Source of the DNA: a virus
Lineage: Duplodnaviria; Caudoviricetes
Reading direction: 5' to 3' (one strand)
Length of the DNA stretch: 64,000 bases
IMG/VR virus record: IMGVR_UViG_3300021400_000239
Location: 232-64,231 of that record
This document shows, piece after piece, positions 35,580 to 46,617 of this stretch. The notes beneath the pieces were generated by a model. That model was given only the letters and a program-made list of their open reading frames with translations, ran no database searches and was not told the DNA's origin. A program made the position numbers and the translations under genes. Each line of letters begins with the position of its first letter. The stretch's first letter is position 1.

Positions 35580-35747
35580 TTATTTGGCAGTAAGTTCTAC
35601 TACGGCTCGCCGCAACTCGGGTGTTTCTTCAAAATAATATACTATTAAATTAGGATACTTCTTATTTGGTGCCATTTTTACTACCATAAAACCTAAATTT
35701 TCAAGTTTCCGAGTAAGCTTCCGAGAAAATACTGGAAAAAGTGTCAT
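35580..35747 (-). CDS. Small DUF5659-like protein
   Basis: MTLFPVFSRKLTRKLENLGF...PNKKYPNLIVYYFEETPEL (55 aa, below the ORF cut-off). Confidence 0.55.
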   Translation of the reverse strand: MTLFPVFSRKLTRKLENLGFMVVKMAPNKKYPNLIVYYFEETPELRRAVVELTAK

Positions 35748-35752
35748 TTGTT

Positions 35753-35968
35753 TCACTCCCTTACAATTGCTTCAATAGTGTTAAGTAAATGATTTAATCC
35801 GTCTTTAATTGCCATCACTTTGCTACCATTTGGTAGTGATGCGCCAGTAAGATAATTTCTAATACTGGTTGAAGAACAATGGCATTCGCGCGCGAGAACA
35901 TTAATTGGAATACCAAAGTCTGCGATTTTCTTTAATCTCATAACCTCATCCACGCTTCTCACCTCCAA
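35753..35968 (-). CDS. Small XRE-type HTH protein
   Basis: GIPINVLARECHCSSTSIRNYLTG. Confidence 0.65.
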   Translation of the reverse strand: MEVRSVDEVMRLKKIADFGIPINVLARECHCSSTSIRNYLTGASLPNGSKVMAIKDGLNHLLNTIEAIVRE

Positions 35969-36092
35969 TATAATTGTGATATGGTTAGCCTCAAACTATT
36001 ACATTTACTCTTTTCCTTATAAAAAATTTTTTTGAAAAATAATCAAAAGAAAAGACTAGATATCTTTTATCTAGTCTTATTATACATCAAAT

Positions 36093-38513
36093 TTATTCAA
36101 TTGTCAAAGTATAAAGTTTATCATTCCTTGGACCCGCGCACGGATGTAATGACATCTCAAAGGCTACACTACGAGAGACATCAGCAGAACATACTCTTTC
36201 TCCTCGCGCGTCAACAACATATGCTTCATCGCTTTCCATACTAATACTTTCAAGCTCTGGGTGTGCCCACATACTAATATACACATTCTTATCCTGCACC
36301 AGATACTTTGGTGCCTTTAGGACAAACATTGTTGGTTCCTTACTATCAAAATCAATCATCGTAAGGTCAATAACACGAGTACCGCAAAATTCACACTTAA
36401 GCCCATTAACAGGTAAGGGGCCGCCGCAATTAGGGCAATTAGTTCGTTTCATTAGTCTTTCCTCCAATTACGAATTGCGCTTGCGGCGCTATGTCCCATA
36501 TCTTTACATAATAGCATTAGCCACATACAAATAGCAATGGATGATAGACTGCCGCTAATAAGTTTTAAATACAACACAATTTCCTTTAATACTTCTACCA
36601 TACTTACTCCTTATGGTATATCCGCAATAGTTTCCACATAGCAATTATAATAAATATAGCGCTTGCCATTCCAGTCAAACTTCACATAGCCCTGGTCCTG
36701 CTCTATATCAATCTTGCCTTCATACTGTTTCAGGACATTACCATCTGCCGTATAGATAGTAACAATGCGCTCCAAACCATTCTGTAATTCCGCTCGTTCA
36801 TCTGTTCGCGCGCGAATACCACTCGCCGTATTATTATAGTACCAGAACCCAAATACAAATATTAGTATCGCTACTACAATGCCCGCCGCAAGCCATATGC
36901 CGCGCCAACTTTCAAAGCAAAACACATATAGGACAATGCCGCCGCTAATGGCAACTACCGCGAGTACGAAACAAGTAAACCAGCCCTCAATCGTCATCCT
37001 TATGCCTCCCAACCAATCCAATAGTAGGTATCGCCGCAATAGGTAGTCTTCTCTACCGTATAGCCGTCCGCGCGCAAGATACGAATGTTCTTAGGCAGCA
37101 ATGCCTCTGTAATATACAACTCCAACTCGCCCTTCTTCTTTGCCATATTAATCTGTTCCTTAAGGTCCTCGCGCTGCTTATCTTCTTCCTTCATCCAAAG
37201 TCCCCAATACAGTTCATTCAAAATCATAGTTCCTGTTCCGCCTTCCATTCCATATATTTGTCTTGTACCGCTTTCTCCAATACATCCTTATTGGTAAAGC
37301 GCTCACTATACCTCAATACCATATAAACATCATTTGGGTCGCTTGTCGGCGTAATGCGCTCTGGGCGCGCCCAGTCCTCATAATGTACGCCGCTAACTTT
37401 GCCACTCTTGGGCGCGTAATGTAATGTCAAATACTTTTCAAATGGTTTATACTCATCCAACTCATACTCTTCAATGGGATTAACTTCGCAACAGGATGCG
37501 GATGGATATACCTCCATTGCGGCAATAGCCTTCTCCGCGCCCTCTTTCGTGCTAAAAATTCCTCTAATCGTATAGTCCGAATACTCACCTGTCGTCACCA
37601 CATAAACTTTCATAGTTTTCGCGCTCCTTCTCATACTCAATTGCTATTTGTTCCCAATTCGCAAACTCATAGCCGCAAAATTGACAATACCAAAATCGTA
37701 AACTCTTAACACGCATCCGACAATTGGCGCAATACAGCACCCCATTTCTTTCCTTAATTGTCGTAACCATTCCAAAGCTCTCCATATCGTGTCTGATAGG
37801 TAAATTCATTATGACAATTTAAACAAGTACATACTGTTGTTGTAATATTCCCATCGGGATTTATATTAACTCCATTCTTAATAATGGGCGCATAATACAT
37901 AGCAGTTCTCATACTATATTTCTCAGTGTAGTAGCTTTCGCCGCATTTAGGACATCTAACCTCAATCATACTTCTACCAATGGGCACCAATCTGGCTTCG
38001 GGAACTCCGTCCACCATTCTGGTGTCGTTTCCTCCTTCTTATAAAATAATGGCTCCGTAATTTGCTTCATTCCCATCGCATTACAACACCTTAAGCCTAC
38101 GCCCGATAAATTAAGCGTATAAAGGCATGGGCAAAACAGGCAGGATTGCGGCATTTCCCTATTCAACGCAATCATACTTCGTTCTCCTTCAAATTCTTAG
38201 CGGCATTCGCGCAGAACTCCAACAGCATATCACATACTTCCTTGCTGGGGGCCTCTTTCAGCCACCTAGTCCCTATTCCCTCAAACTTAAATTCTTCCTC
38301 TTTTGGATTCCAAATTAAGTGTGCTAGGGAGTAGCAACTCTCAAACGAGTACTCAAGCTGTCCGGTACGCGCATTTCTCACAATAGTTGGAGTCGGGCGC
38401 GTCTCCCACTTTACCACATCATACATGATTTTATTTGGCGGCGGGCTACCCATCCATACGCAATCGCGCACCTGAATGCCATCTACCCTCTTCGTATAAT
38501 TCACCATACTCAA
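36093..38513 (-). CDS. Operon of short hypothetical genes, several with CxxC zinc ribbons (36093-36467, 36611-~36997, 37000-~37227, 37224-~37613, 37585-~37787, 37754-~37968, 37966-38175, 38172-38513)
   Basis: Overlapping stop/start junctions; sigmaA-type promoter at about 38538-38565. Confidence 0.55.
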
Positions 38514-38561
38514 ATCTCCTTTCTTTCTTATACTTATATTATAATATAAATTAGAAAAAAG

Positions 38562-38771
38562 TCAAGCATTAGCAATCTCCCCAATTTGAGCTGCCATTTC
38601 TCTCATTCCCTACTCAATCTACTCGCGCATCTTATCACTAAGCTTTAGTTTGCCGTGCGCGAAGCGGCTAAGGGTCGTATGGGAAGTGCCGCAGTAGATT
38701 GCCAATGTTCTCAATGGAATATTGGGGCCGTCTTCCGCGGTAAGCTCTAATATCTTTTGTTCTAATGTCAT
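38562..38771 (-). CDS. Small XRE-type HTH protein, two TAGs
   Basis: PNIPLRTLAIYCGTSHTTLSRFAHG; GAGGTG RBS. Confidence 0.65.
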
Positions 38772-39386
38772 ATAACCACCTCGGAATTATTGTAGCTACT
38801 ATGCCCTTAAATTTTGGGAAAATAATAAGTACCTCGTGAAACGACAAAAGGAAGGAAGAAAAGAAACGAAATACGACGCCTTTCAGACCAAGCAGCGTCC
38901 GGTGGGAGGGAGGAGGGGTCGGGCGCGTTTCTTAAGTGGGTCATTATATTAGATGGATGTGCCGAAATTTCGGCTTTTGTCAAGTATTTACCAATAAAAT
39001 CTCTTTTTCTTTTATTATAACATAAAAATTGAAAAAAGTCAAATATTTGAGAGAAAATTTTATGACGTTAGCCGCGCCTGCGGCGCGTATAATAAAAATT
39101 TAATCTCCACTCGGCGCTTCGCGCCTCGTTCCGATTAAATTTTTATTATATATATAGGAGAATTACTACTTTTTAAAAGTGGTAAAAAAAATGTAGTATT
39201 TTTTTTACTACCTATATAGGGGGGAGGGGGGTAGTAAAAAATCTACCACTTTTTTTTATTACAAAAAGTTATTAAGAAAATAAAAAGGGGATAAGTTTTG
39301 GGATTACATTTTTACTTATATGTAGCAGAAAAAAATACTTGATTTAAAAATGAAATTCTGTTATAATATAATTAGAGGTGAAGTAA

Positions 39387-40733
39387 ATGACAACAGTTAC
39401 AGACTTAGCAAATCAAAATTAGTTAGTTTTTCGCCGCGGCGTTTATAACATAATAGATTGCGGCACGCGCACCGGGAAAACATATTGGGCGGTTAATCAT
39501 CTGAAAGAGCATACGCGTGATGGTAATTTGCATAGAGTGTTATATTTGGTAGATACTAACTCTTTGAAGGATTAGATTTTAGAATCTTATTCTGATACTT
39601 GCGCGGATGCCGATATTTTTTGGGAAGTCCCATCTATATGGGGCGAGACAGTTAATAAGATCGGAGTTATGTGCTACTAGGGACTAGGCGCGAGACTACT
39701 CAAAGGTGGTATGGAATTCTTAGAGAACATTGACGTTATATGCTGGGATGAATGCGATTCAATTTTTGATTTCGCGGTTTCAGCTTTTAAGACGGCGCGC
39801 ACCCGCGATTATAATAGAAAGGATAAGGAAATTTCAAATGCCGAAATTCTTTCTGTTATACAAACCTATTCAAGCACGAAGGAATATATGCCGCTTATTC
39901 TATTGGGTAAGTGGGAAGAGATTGTAAATGAAGGGCGCATCTTATGCATTGGTTTATCTGCTACGCCAGAGCGCGCGAAAGCTTATTATTCCAGCTTAAC
40001 AAGCGCTAGTAATACTGGTAAATTAGAAGCTGGGTATAGGATTGCGGCAGACATTTACTTTACTAATGTGCTTACGCATATAAAGAAGCTGCGGCCGGAG
40101 CCAGGTAAGGGATATTGGTGTTATTCTCCTTTTATAGAGCCAAATCTAAGCATTTTAAATGCAGCTCGCCAGCAGGGCTTTAACCCTATTGAATTACATT
40201 CAATTAATAATAGCGATAAGCCTATGAATGAAGAGCAGCAGCGTGTGTATGGCGTCATTGTTTCTACCGGTATGGTGCCGCAAGAATACGATTTTGTTAT
40301 AGTAAATAAGGCATTGGCGCGCGGCATTAATATAAAAGATAGGCGCTTTGATAATGTTATCATTGATTCTTATGATGCCGAAGATAGAATATAGGTGCCG
40401 CGGCAAACATTCTAGTATTAGCGCCACTTGAAAACTTTATGCTCTGAAATTCCAGAGGAGTATATGAATCGTTGGCTTACGATACCTGAGTGCCGCCAGC
40501 TTGCCGAGCTTATGGCGGTTCCCAGCTTGGATAAGACAAATAAAAATAATTCTAAGATGATGACTTGGAATAGTTTAAAAGATTGTTTGCCTATGCTAGG
40601 ATATACAGTAGAATAGAAGAAGAGAACTCTTAAAGGTAAGCAGCAATAGATGTGCTACATCACTGGCGAGTGGCACGATGCAGAAATTAAAGACAATGAT
40701 TTCCTTGCGCTTGTAGAAGCAAAAGAGGGGTAA
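39387..40733 (+). CDS. Superfamily 2 (DExD) helicase-like protein, 448 aa, TAG=Gln
   Basis: Walker A CGTRTGKT, Ia LVDTNSLKD*, MCY*, DECD, LSATP, ARGINI; promoter TTGATT..TATAAT at about 39339-39367. Confidence 0.85.
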
Positions 40734-40877
40734 GCTTCCAGCTTACCCCTTTATTTTTATTTCCAGCTTGCCTTATTATATACTATCCCATTTTATTATA
40801 ACATATTTTAGCCAAAATGTCAAGTGTTTGCCGGCGCGCATAAAAGAAAAAGAGAAGGCTTGCGCCTTCTCTTCCAA

Positions 40878-41369
40878 TTACGCCTTAGTATAGTAAGGCT
40901 TCTTGTCTCCCTCACGGGAAGTTACGGTAAGTACGCCCTTCTCTACGAGCCTACGAGCGCTCTGGCCTACCTGCATTACAAGCACATTTGCGGGCAGCTT
41001 GTCTGCGAGTGCGGCACGAATATCAGTTGCCGTGTATTCGGTGAAAGAAGGAAGTCCGGAAATCATGGCATCCAGCTCGTCCCGACGTGCCTGAGCTTCG
41101 GGGGAAGGACCCTTGGGAGCCTTAGGCTTGCTTGCTCTCTCAGCTTCGCGCAGAGCAGCAGCGGTTTCCCAAGCCTTATAATCTGCGACAGCAGCTTCAT
41201 AGTCAAAGGGAACGTGAGTCTTTGTTGCTTCCATAAGCGCCTTGCTTACACTAACCTTGGCGTAGCCGCCATCTTCAAGGGGCACGATAACAAAATTGCT
41301 GCCCTTAGCACGGCCCATAACTGCGCCTTCAACACCCATAATTACCTTGTTCAGTTCGTTAATAGTCAT
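40878..41369 (-). CDS. Protein with a C-terminal winged helix
   Basis: 'YTATDIRAAL...VGQSARRLVEKGVL...KPYYTKA'; own promoter at about 41450-41478 and hairpin terminator at about 40851-40872. Confidence 0.65.
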   Translation of the reverse strand: MTINELNKVIMGVEGAVMGRAKGSNFVIVPLEDGGYAKVSVSKALMEATKTHVPFDYEAAVADYKAWETAAALREAERASKPKAPKGPSPEAQARRDELDAMISGLPSFTEYTATDIRAALADKLPANVLVMQVGQSARRLVEKGVLTVTSREGDKKPYYTKA

Positions 41370-42129
41370 AATTTACTCCTTTTCTGTGGTTCAGTATGCG
41401 GCAGTCCACCCTGCACAATTTTTATTTCTTGTCCTCTTGGAACATCTTTATTATAACAGAAATTCGGGAAAAAGTCAAATATTTAATTCTCAATTTCTAG
41501 CACAGGGAACCATTCATAATAGCGGCCATCTTCGTCATTCGCTTCGGCATAGTAGCAAAATTCTTCTGCCTTTTCCAGCGTATGACATACGCCGTAGAAT
41601 ATGTCTTCGTATCCTTCTTTGCGCCCAACAATCAAATATAACATTTTTCCAGCTCCTTTCCTTTTTACAATTATATTATACCAGAATTTTTGTAAAAGTC
41701 AAATGTTTGACTCTTCCAGCTTACCGGAGCCTCTGTGCGAGGCTCCGACGAAGTTCCAGCTTGCGGAGGATTCCAGCTTTCCAGCTCGCGAGCCGAATGT
41801 CGCAGCTTGCCGGGAGCCAAAAATCGGTGGAGCCGATTTTTTCCAGCTTGGGTAGGAATGGTAGTTTCAGCTTCCAGCTTATTTTCAGCTTTTCCAGCTT
41901 ATTTCTCAGCTTGTAGCTTCTAGATACTAGCTTATCCATAGCTTGCCCTTCCCTTCCTCTTTACATATATATTATACCATAATTTTGATAAAAAGCAAAT
42001 ACTTGTATATCTAATAGTTAGTTATAACTAACTACTTGACAGGGCGGAAATTTAGATGTATAACATCTAAAAATTTGAATTGACATTCTTATTATTTAGT
42101 AGTATACTTACCTTGTTCTCAGGAAGGAG

Positions 42130-42653
42130 ATGACTATAATGAAGCGAATTGCTAAGAAGCGAATTGTACTGTATTGCCCTTGGGAAGATGAAGAAATTAT
42201 TGGCACGGAAGAGTATGATAGTTCCATACCAGACGAAGATATTCTTAATGCTTTACATGAACAGGGGAAGACTATGTGGCTTCCGACTTATCCAGACTAT
42301 GATGAACTTTGGCTTATGCTACCAGACAATGGTATAATGTTGCCACATTATAAATTTGGGGTGGATGAATTCTATGTTCAGATACCGACATTTTGGGATA
42401 GGATAAAAGATGCGCTGTTTGGACGGAAGGAGAGGTAAAAATGTTTAAAATTGGCGATAAAGTGATGATTGATAATGAGGAGCGCTTAGTTGGTTATATT
42501 GTAAGTATAACCATTGACCCGTTGGAAGAATATAGTGTAAAGACAGAAACTGAGTTCAACTTTATTACTTATGTGGTTCGTGTCTTCAAGCCGTTTTATG
42601 TTAATGGATATTCGGACTTCTATCGTATGAGTGATGACTTGACAAGGGTTTAA
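42130..42653 (+). CDS. Inverted unit 1: two hypothetical genes (42130-42438, 42441-42653)
   Basis: Promoter TTGACA (42080)..TATACT, RBSs, hairpin AAGGGCGAAAGCCCTT; flanked by palindromes 42052 and 42677. Confidence 0.7.
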
Positions 42654-42723
42654 GGGCGAAAGCCCTTAAATTATTTTTAGATGTATAACATCTAAAATAA
42701 AATAAGGCGGTTGCCCGCCTATT

Positions 42724-43092
42724 TTAATTATATAACTGACTGATAGCATTGCGCCATGCGATTTCCAACATCTCATATGGGTCTGCCCATTCTACTCGCC
42801 CAGTATAATGATTAAGTTTTGTGATATCAATTGCGTTATATTCTTTTAAGTCCGCTTCATATGCGGCGAGAATATTACGCACATGCTCACGACTTTCTTG
42901 TGCCTTTTTAAGTTCAACATCTTTTACGGGGCCATCTGGTAGCATGTTGGCGCAACCTTCATACTTAATAACCTGGGCGCATTTAGCAATAAGTTCGTTT
43001 CTATGCGCGCTGAGGTCAATGGTCAAACGCCTGTATTCGGTATCCTGAAAACTCCACCAAGTATCTTTTGTCTGTTCTTTCTTAAACAACAT
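42724..43092 (-). CDS. Hypothetical unit gene
   Basis: Own promoter, RBS and terminator between palindromes 42677 and 43169. Confidence 0.65.
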   Translation of the reverse strand: MLFKKEQTKDTWWSFQDTEYRRLTIDLSAHRNELIAKCAQVIKYEGCANMLPDGPVKDVELKKAQESREHVRNILAAYEADLKEYNAIDITKLNHYTGRVEWADPYEMLEIAWRNAISQLYN

Positions 43093-43272
43093 TTATTTTT
43101 CCTTCTTTCTATTGTTCTTGGGAACAATGCTATTATAGCATATTATAGGAAAATTACAAGAAGAAGATTTAGATGTTTTACATCTAAATATTCCTGTTGA
43201 CTTCTTAATTAAATGGAGTATAATATAGCCATGAACTGAAGGAAAACAGTTAAAACCAGAAAGGGAAAGAAA

Positions 43273-43755
43273 ATGACGAAGTATCTGATTATGAGATGTG
43301 AAGAACTGATGGACCAGTATGAGTGCGACGCTAATCGTGAACCGATGTTTCTGGTGGATGATTGGACGAAATGGTATCAGGAAAATCATCCGAATTATCA
43401 GTTTGAAGTGTATAAGTTTGAAGACGATAAAGAATGTACTTTGGAAAAGACTTATGAAGAGTCTATGGATTATGGAATGGCATTATACTTCTGGAATATG
43501 GATGATAGCCATGAAGAAGTAGCGCCGACCGTAATTGCGCATTATAAGGGTTATAATCGCGATAAGAAAGTGCCTAATAAAGTGTGGAACGTTTTTCGAC
43601 AGGGTGCTTACTGGGCAGACGGTGATGAATTTACTGAAAAGGACTTTAAGAATGACTTGAGAAGTTGCGGATATGTTGCTTGGGATGATAAGGAGCATAA
43701 GAAATTTTGGGTATATGGGTATTATGCGGACGGGCGTTATTGCTTGGGGTATTAA
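43273..43755 (+). CDS. Inverted unit 2: hypothetical protein
   Basis: TTGACT (43197)..TATAAT promoter, conserved leader, terminator AAGGAGCAAATGCTCCTT plus T-run. Confidence 0.7.
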   Translation: MTKYLIMRCEELMDQYECDANREPMFLVDDWTKWYQENHPNYQFEVYKFEDDKECTLEKTYEESMDYGMALYFWNMDDSHEEVAPTVIAHYKGYNRDKKVPNKVWNVFRQGAYWADGDEFTEKDFKNDLRSCGYVAWDDKEHKKFWVYGYYADGRYCLGY

Positions 43756-43821
43756 GGAGCAAATGCTCCTTTTTCTTTTTTTTAATTTTAGATGTTTTAC
43801 ATCTAAAATAAAAAGGATGGC

Positions 43822-44937
43822 TTAAAACCATCCATAGAGGAGAGAAAGAAAATAAATATTAAGAACTACGCTTGACAGATGCATCAGAACATCATTGATG
43901 TGCCGATGCTGTGAAAGGTCTTTACATACGCCGAAAAGCGCGATTGCGAGTCCGAACCATGAGACTTGAAGGCCGAAGAGCATAATCAGAACCACATTGA
44001 GAATAGTAATTCCGCACCGAACATCATTCCATTCAAAGCGGTAAGCTGTTTCAATTCCGAACCAATTCTTAATCGTTTCCATTTCCATTCTCCACTTTAT
44101 TCTTATTCTTCAAACATACTAATCTGTTCTCCACCGAAGCGCCTGAGTACGATTTCTCTTACCTGTCTCTGGGCATCTTCGTTCCAACTATAATAGTTTT
44201 CATCATCAAGACCCTTGACATATTCATCAATGGCATCATCCACGACTTGCGTGATAGTTGCTTTTCTTTCTTTCATCAGACGCTCACAACTAGCATAAAT
44301 GTCGTCCATATCAATATTCGCACAATGCCAACTTTCCCATTCAACTTCAATCCAATTCATTTTTCGTTCTCCTTTCATAAGATGGCAACTTTTTCCGTAT
44401 CAGGGAAAGTTGCCGAAACCTGCCCATCTCCTTCCTTGGGATTACGGGAATTCAATGGGAGTCCGTCAGTTCTCACCTTCCTAAGTCCATCCCAGTTCCT
44501 TGGAACAATTACATTATACTACGATTTTGGAAAATGTCAAGTATTTCTTTTTTATCTTTTTCTGTGAGTGTATCATACAATTCCCTTGCCGATGGAGTGA
44601 GATAGTCGTAATGAACTAGGCCCAAAGCGCATAGACAACACAATTCTTTTTCTTCGGAATTAATTGGAAACAATAACATTTTTCAAACCCCACACTTTTC
44701 AATTATTTCTTGCGGTTCAAGGTCTGTGTGCGCGAGCCAACTAAGCGCGCACATGATTGTATCCACATCAGTAATTTTTCCTTCTTGAATACGATAGACA
44801 AGCATACGGTTGACTTCTTCAATTCTTTCGGCTTCTTTTTTAAGACTGTTAGCTTTATCTGTCATTCCCTGAAGAAGCTGAAATGCCAAGGTAGAGCAGT
44901 CGCAGATATCCATAGATTCAAACTTCATTTCACTCAA
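43822..44937 (-). CDS. Unit genes: membrane protein 43822-44088, hypotheticals 44103-44378 and 44683-44937
   Basis: ORFs with RBSs and sigmaA-type promoters at about 44514-44540 and 44958-44986. Confidence 0.6.
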
Positions 44938-45262
44938 CTCCTTTCGTTGATGTGCTTATTATAGCATAAGGGAAAGGAACTGTCAAGAAAATATATTTAG
45001 ATGTTATACATCTAATTATCCGATAAAGGAAAAGCCACCCGTCGATGGCTAAAGGCGCCGAGTGGAACGTTGCGCACCGCCCACTCTACTGGACTTTTCC
45101 TCACTTGTTTATCAGCCAGAAGGGAAAAAGTTTGAAAAGCTGAATCTGTCTGGAAAGGGGCTTTAAGGATAAACCCCTTAGGACCTCTCATGGTTCTTGG
45201 CTATACGGAGCGCTTACGCATCAATTAAGGCGAGTCAGTTTTCGCCACCAAGAAGGGAAGGC

Positions 45263-45589
45263 TTACGCCTTGCGGTAGGTATTCGGCTTGCCCTCAATCT
45301 TGACGATTTCGTCCTGCCAGAGGTGGGTCAGAGCATACTGAACCTTGCCCTTAGTGATGCCCTCAGGAAGGTCATCGGCGATGGCTTCGTAGATTTCGCT
45401 ACAAGTCGCAGGAGAATCGGAGAGGTTGCTGATCAGAAGGTCGTGGAAGGACTCATAAGCTTCAAGGTTTTTCGCCTTGGTATCGGCACCACGGTTGATT
45501 TCTTTGGTCAGTTCATCGAGAACTTCAGTGTTCTCATAACCGATGTTGATAAGAGCAGTACGGATGGTTTCAAGAGTGGACTTCTTCAT
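45263..45589 (-). CDS. Winged-helix protein, paralog of 46037-46360
   Basis: MKKSTL...EL..E..RG...GK..Y.LT..W.DE..KI.GK.NTYR shared between the two. Confidence 0.7.
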   Translation of the reverse strand: MKKSTLETIRTALINIGYENTEVLDELTKEINRGADTKAKNLEAYESFHDLLISNLSDSPATCSEIYEAIADDLPEGITKGKVQYALTHLWQDEIVKIEGKPNTYRKA

Positions 45590-46036
45590 AATTTAATTTC
45601 CTTTCTGGTTTGTTAGGGTTTTCCTTCCCTTGATTTCGTATTCATTATAACATAGGTTTGGAAGTTTGTCAAGAGGTTGCCGAAAATTTTCTCCCTTTTA
45701 TTTTCGGTCATCGGCGAAGAGTCTTGCGTTTCCATGGAGATTTGTTTCCGCTCTCTTGCTCCCTCTGACAGTTATCATTGTACCAGATTTTCGGAAGTTT
45801 GTCAAGCATTTTTTTTAGAGAATTTCTTGAGAGGCTTTCCTCAAGAAATAATAGCGTAGATGGCTAAATCACTATGTACAACTCGTGTATGGTGGGCGCT
45901 CACCACTTAGCCATTTCCTTTCAGGAGGCAACCCTGCCCCTCCTGACAGTTATTATTATACTCAATTCTGAAAAAAAGTCAACAATTTATTTTTAGATGT
46001 ATAACATCTAAAATATTTAATAAGGAAAAAGGGAGA

Positions 46037-46360
46037 TTACTCTCCCTTAATCCGGTAGGTGTTGGTCTTGCCGACAATCTTCTCAACTTCATCTGCCCAG
46101 TAGTTGGTCAGACCGTAGACAATCTTACCACGGGCGAACCCGGTTTCATCTGCGATTTCCTGCGCGGAAACAGGGAGAGAAGCGGACTTCAGAACTTCCA
46201 TGACCGCATCGTGCATCTCTGCGTAAACCTTGCGGTTGGCATCGGCCTTTTCCTTGCCCCGTTCAAGTTCGGCGGTCAGTTCGGAGAGAATGTCCATCAT
46301 GTAATCATCATTCTTTTCGGTGAGGTAGGAGACGAGAGACTGGAGAGTGGACTTCTTCAT
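46037..46360 (-). CDS. Winged-helix protein, paralog of 45263-45589
   Basis: Start MKKSTLQSL at 46360 after the AAACCAGAAAGG leader; 'VSAQEIADETGFARGKI' HTH. Confidence 0.7.
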   Translation of the reverse strand: MKKSTLQSLVSYLTEKNDDYMMDILSELTAELERGKEKADANRKVYAEMHDAVMEVLKSASLPVSAQEIADETGFARGKIVYGLTNYWADEVEKIVGKTNTYRIKGE

Positions 46361-46617
46361 AATAATTACCTTTCTGGTTTGTTGAGGTTTTCCTTCCTCT
46401 GTTGTGAGTTTATTATAGCATAGTTTGTAGTGGCTGTCAAGTACTTTTTTCTGAGGGACGGCGCGCAAGTCGTGGGTGAAGCCGGCACTTGCCACTGTGT
46501 TCCATCGCCTTCCGTCCCTCGGAACAATTGTATTATATGCTAATTTAGGATTTTTGTCAACTACTTATTATTAGATGTATAACATCTAAAAATATTTTAG
46601 AATAAAAAAGTATCTCG

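Noticed and set aside
45016-46520. tRNA genes, including a suppressor tRNA
   Set aside because: No cloverleaf with a T-loop GTTCRA and acceptor stem was recognisable by eye here or elsewhere; tRNAscan-SE or ARAGORN would settle it.
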